64,000 nucleotides of DNA from a candidate division FCPU426 bacterium. Its GTDB lineage: Bacteria; Oederibacteriota; Muellerivitia; Muellerivitales; Muellerivitaceae. The stretch covers positions 1-64,000 of the forward strand of contig CAWHOE010000051.1 of assembly GCA_963830915.1 (NCBI GenBank), read 5' to 3'. Below, in pieces: positions 61,005-64,000 of this stretch. The position numbers and the translations under genes were made by a program. Every line of letters starts with the position of its first letter. Position 1 is the first letter of the stretch. A model generated the notes under the pieces. That model saw only the letters and a list, made by a program, of their open reading frames with translations. It ran no database searches and was not told the DNA's origin.

Positions 61005-61858
61005 GAACATCCTCAGCCAGCTCGATTGCCTGGAACTCCCATTCGATCCGTAAGGGCCTTAAAACCAAACTCTTTGGCCGAGTCCTTTTGTGTTTTGACA
61101 AGATCACTTCAACCAATGACTTAGCTCTTGAATTGGCGATGGCGGGCGCGGAAGAAGGAACGGTCGTAATCGCCGAGACGCAGACAAAAGGACGAGGAAG
61201 GATGGGTCGTCGATGGGTATCTAGTTCGACTCGATCCATAACCTTCTCGATCGTATTGCGTCCTAAACTCCATGCTGACGAGATGTCAGAGATCACTTTA
61301 TCCGCGGCTGTTGGTGTAGCCAAAACGCTGGAAAAGTGGCGGCTCAAGCCCGATATCAAATGGCCCAACGATCTGTTGATATCTGGGAAAAAAGTCTGCG
61401 GCATTTTGACCGAAATGGGGCATAAAAAAGATAAAATAGGGACGGTCATCTTGGGGGTTGGGATCAACCTCAACCAACGGCCTGTAGATTTCCCCCCTGA
61501 ACTCAGGGAAAAGGCGACCAGCCTTTATTTAGCGTCTTCAAAACGAATAAACAGGAAACGATTTTTTCAGGAACTTTTATACCAGTTGGAAACTAGCTAT
61601 GAATTGGTGAAAGAAAGACGTTTTTCAAAAGTCCTGGGAGAATGGAAGAAAAGATCCATGACGATCGGCCGGCAAGTCAAGGTAACTCAAGGGTATAGGA
61701 CCTTTTTCGCCCAAGTCACCGATGTCGATGAAAAGGGCGCGCTTTTACTGAGGACCGATGCCGGGATGATGGAAAGATTAACATCCGGAGATGTGGAATT
61801 GCTGAAACTGAACCAAGCGAAACCATCCGTGGGCCGGATCGGAAAGGCTCGATCGTGA
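61001..61858 (+). CDS. birA: Biotin--protein ligase
   Basis: STN, QTKGRGRMGRRW, KWPND, KKVCGIL. Confidence 0.95.
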   Translation: MRTSSASSIAWNSHSIRKGLKTKLFGRVLLCFDKITSTNDLALELAMAGAEEGTVVIAETQTKGRGRMGRRWVSSSTRSITFSIVLRPKLHADEMSEITLSAAVGVAKTLEKWRLKPDIKWPNDLLISGKKVCGILTEMGHKKDKIGTVILGVGINLNQRPVDFPPELREKATSLYLASSKRINRKRFFQELLYQLETSYELVKERRFSKVLGEWKKRSMTIGRQVKVTQGYRTFFAQVTDVDEKGALLLRTDAGMMERLTSGDVELLKLNQAKPSVGRIGKARS

Positions 61859-62601
61859 TCTGGGCTATACTTGTCGGTAATACCAGGGCAGTTGCCGCCT
61901 TGGTAACAGACACGAAGATCCTGCGGAAATACAACATCCCTACAGACCGATTAAAAACAAAGAGCGGCGCTCTGTCGTGGGCCCGGCAGTTGCGAAAGAG
62001 CTCGGGATGTAATGGTATCGTCATCGCGAGTGTTGTCCCTGCGGTGGACCCAAGGATTGACAGGGCCTTAGCCCGGACATTTGAAAGGGATCCTGTTTTT
62101 ATCGATAGTAGGAACGCGGGGATAGGGGTGAAGATCAACAAACCAACCCAAGCTGGCGCTGATCGATTGGCGAACGCTGTCGCGGCAAAGGAATTATATG
62201 GTTCGCCAAGCATAGTTGTGGATTTTGGGACAGCGACAACTTTCGATGTGGTGGACCGAAAAGGAAATTATCGTGGCGGGGCCATCCTGCCTGGGATCGG
62301 CATCTCATTAAAGGCTTTGTTTGAACATACGGCCAAGATACCTTTGGTCGATTTCAAGAAGGTCAACCGGGCGATTGGACATTCCACGGAAGAGGCTGTT
62401 CGTTCCGGCATTTATTTTGGAACGATAGGAACCACCCGAGAACTATTGACGCGGATCCGCAAAGAGATAGGAAGAAAAACTCCGGCGATCGCAACAGGCG
62501 GTTGGTGCGGTTGTTTTTTCGGGACAGCTCTATTTGATCAAATAGAACCGGATTTGACCTTGATCGGTTTAGGGATCATATGGCGGGACCACCATGCGTA
62601 A
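61855..62601 (+). CDS. coaX: Type III pantothenate kinase
   Basis: GNT, GADR, VVDFGTATT, GGAILPG, ATGG. Confidence 0.95.
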   Translation: MIWAILVGNTRAVAALVTDTKILRKYNIPTDRLKTKSGALSWARQLRKSSGCNGIVIASVVPAVDPRIDRALARTFERDPVFIDSRNAGIGVKINKPTQAGADRLANAVAAKELYGSPSIVVDFGTATTFDVVDRKGNYRGGAILPGIGISLKALFEHTAKIPLVDFKKVNRAIGHSTEEAVRSGIYFGTIGTTRELLTRIRKEIGRKTPAIATGGWCGCFFGTALFDQIEPDLTLIGLGIIWRDHHA

Positions 62602-64000
62602 TATCGAGGAGATCGCCGAGGAAGAGGAAGGTTTATCCAGAGAGATACTTCTTTCAAAGGTTCACCGAGCCCTATCGGTTTTTGGGTTTTTACTAGGCGC
62701 GTCGGGATGGTTCCTTTTTTCCCGGGGACAAATGGGGAAGGGCGCCGTATTGATCTTGATTTCCCTTGGCCTTTTCGCCGTCCATTGGGGGATGGGTCAG
62801 ATATTCTCGAAGGTGACTTGGGGTGCTTATCTCGCGGCCTCCCTGGTTTTCACAGGTTCGTTTTTTCTGTATTCTCAAACCCACACCCCATCATTTTTTT
62901 GGGGCAAAGATCCAGCCTTTTGGCTTTCAGTCCATGCGGGGTTGGTGGGAGAACCGCCTTGGTCGCCTTTGTCCACCCTTTTGGGACAGGGCGCTTGTTT
63001 CATATTTCCTAGATCCCAGTTCTATCTTTTGCCCGGTCTTTCCAGTTTGATCCTAGCCATTGCTATGTTTTTGGTCATGCTTGAATTGTTCCGCCAACTC
63101 AAAAGCAAAAATATTCTTCATGTAACGGTCGGGATTCTATTTTGCGCAGTGCTGGTTTTTGCTCGGTGGAATTGGGATGAAGCTACGATCGCCTCTGGAC
63201 TCATCGCGGCCCTGGGGCTGCTATTATTCTTGGCCCAAAGGGCGCTTCTTTCATTCGAAGAAAAACCCTGGAAATCGTTGTATCTATTATTGGGTTTGTT
63301 ATTCAGTGTTCATCCGCTCTGGGGAGTGTTGGGGCTGATGGCCCATTTTTCCCATTTGGACAATGATGGCAAAGGATGGAGGAACATACTTTTGCCCTTG
63401 GCCCTTGGTTTAACTCCTTATCTTTGGGTTTGTTTCAGGATGGACCAAGCGTTTGGTATCCTGGGGCGGATCACACCCTTTTTTAGAGATTATGAACTCA
63501 TGGAAAACACTTTGGGACTGGCATTTTCAAAAGGATTGGGATCCCTGGGACTCTTTGGGTTCGATAGGCGTAAACTTCTGGGTGCTATTCATCCTTTTTC
63601 TTTTTTTTGGTCTTTTGAATTTGGCCTTTTGGCGGACAGGCCCTAAAAAAATCATCTCACTTCCTGATACATGGGTCTGGTTAACCGCAGTGTTATTTGG
63701 CTTTACGTTCTATTCGACATCTTCCGAACAACCAGGACCCACTTCTTTATGGGCCACGGTTGGTTTAGCTTCCATGGTCCTCCGGTATGCCGAGAAAGGT
63801 ATGGAGAAAAAACCCGGGAATTGGTTTTCGGGTCGAAGGCTCGTGATCTTTTTAGTATTGTCCCTATTGACCGCGATCGGTCTGGCTTGGCTGCCTGGGC
63901 AACGGTATTTACGAAGTCATTTAGACCTTCCGGAACAACACGCCTTTAACCTTCTGCGAGCGCTAGATAATAGAACGGTAATGGTTTTTGAGGACGCATT
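62594..64000 (+). CDS. Polytopic membrane protein (DUF2723-like), frameshifted near 63440 and truncated by the window end
   Basis: The multi-TM ORF runs to 63646. A second frame is open from ~63440 to the window end (VSWGGSHPF...AFNLLRALDNRTVMVFEDA). Confidence 0.6.

Noticed and set aside
1..64000. tRNA, rRNA, integrase or transposase genes
   Set aside because: None was recognised by eye; a tRNAscan/HMM search would be needed to exclude them formally.

Overview
Bacterial DNA, probably from a diderm since it encodes TolC and a porin; the taxon cannot be determined from this window. It has five parts. (1) 1-~4400 is a degraded, ~11% shorter reverse-complement copy of ~4490-9416, most likely a long-read fold-back artefact, so ORFs there should be ignored. 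(2) ~4500-30800 is an accessory sulfur/persulfide and metal-handling island. It contains an ArsR-controlled thioredoxin/DUF302/TolC/RND/DUF2892/TauE operon and a long minus-strand run (redoxin, CDF-thioesterase fusion, MBL hydrolase, internally duplicated AdoMetDC-like protein, thrS, DUF4405, CopZ, radical SAM, NifX-like). It also holds an MvhD-ArsR-TusA-HdrA-HdrA-wHTH-QmoC-like-DsrE2 operon with no HdrB or AprAB, then DUF134, a methyltransferase, rhodanese and CoA-disulfide reductase-rhodanese. (3) ~30850-40200 holds small or secreted hypothetical proteins, including two Trp/Tyr/Cys-rich paralogues and a ParB-TM protein. (4) 40270-48900 is a sulfate uptake/activation operon (porin, sbp, HPr, cysTWA, cysDN), preceded by two tandem copies of a structured RNA motif I do not recognise, each coupled to an intrinsic terminator. 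(5) The rest is housekeeping: GH57, glgB, accA, amidase, GerMN, valS, nadC, birA, coaX. The strongest novelty candidates are the tandem riboswitch/attenuator-like leader, the Qmo/Hdr-like persulfide module and the eukaryote-style fused AdoMetDC. All calls come from reading motifs by eye; no searches were run.
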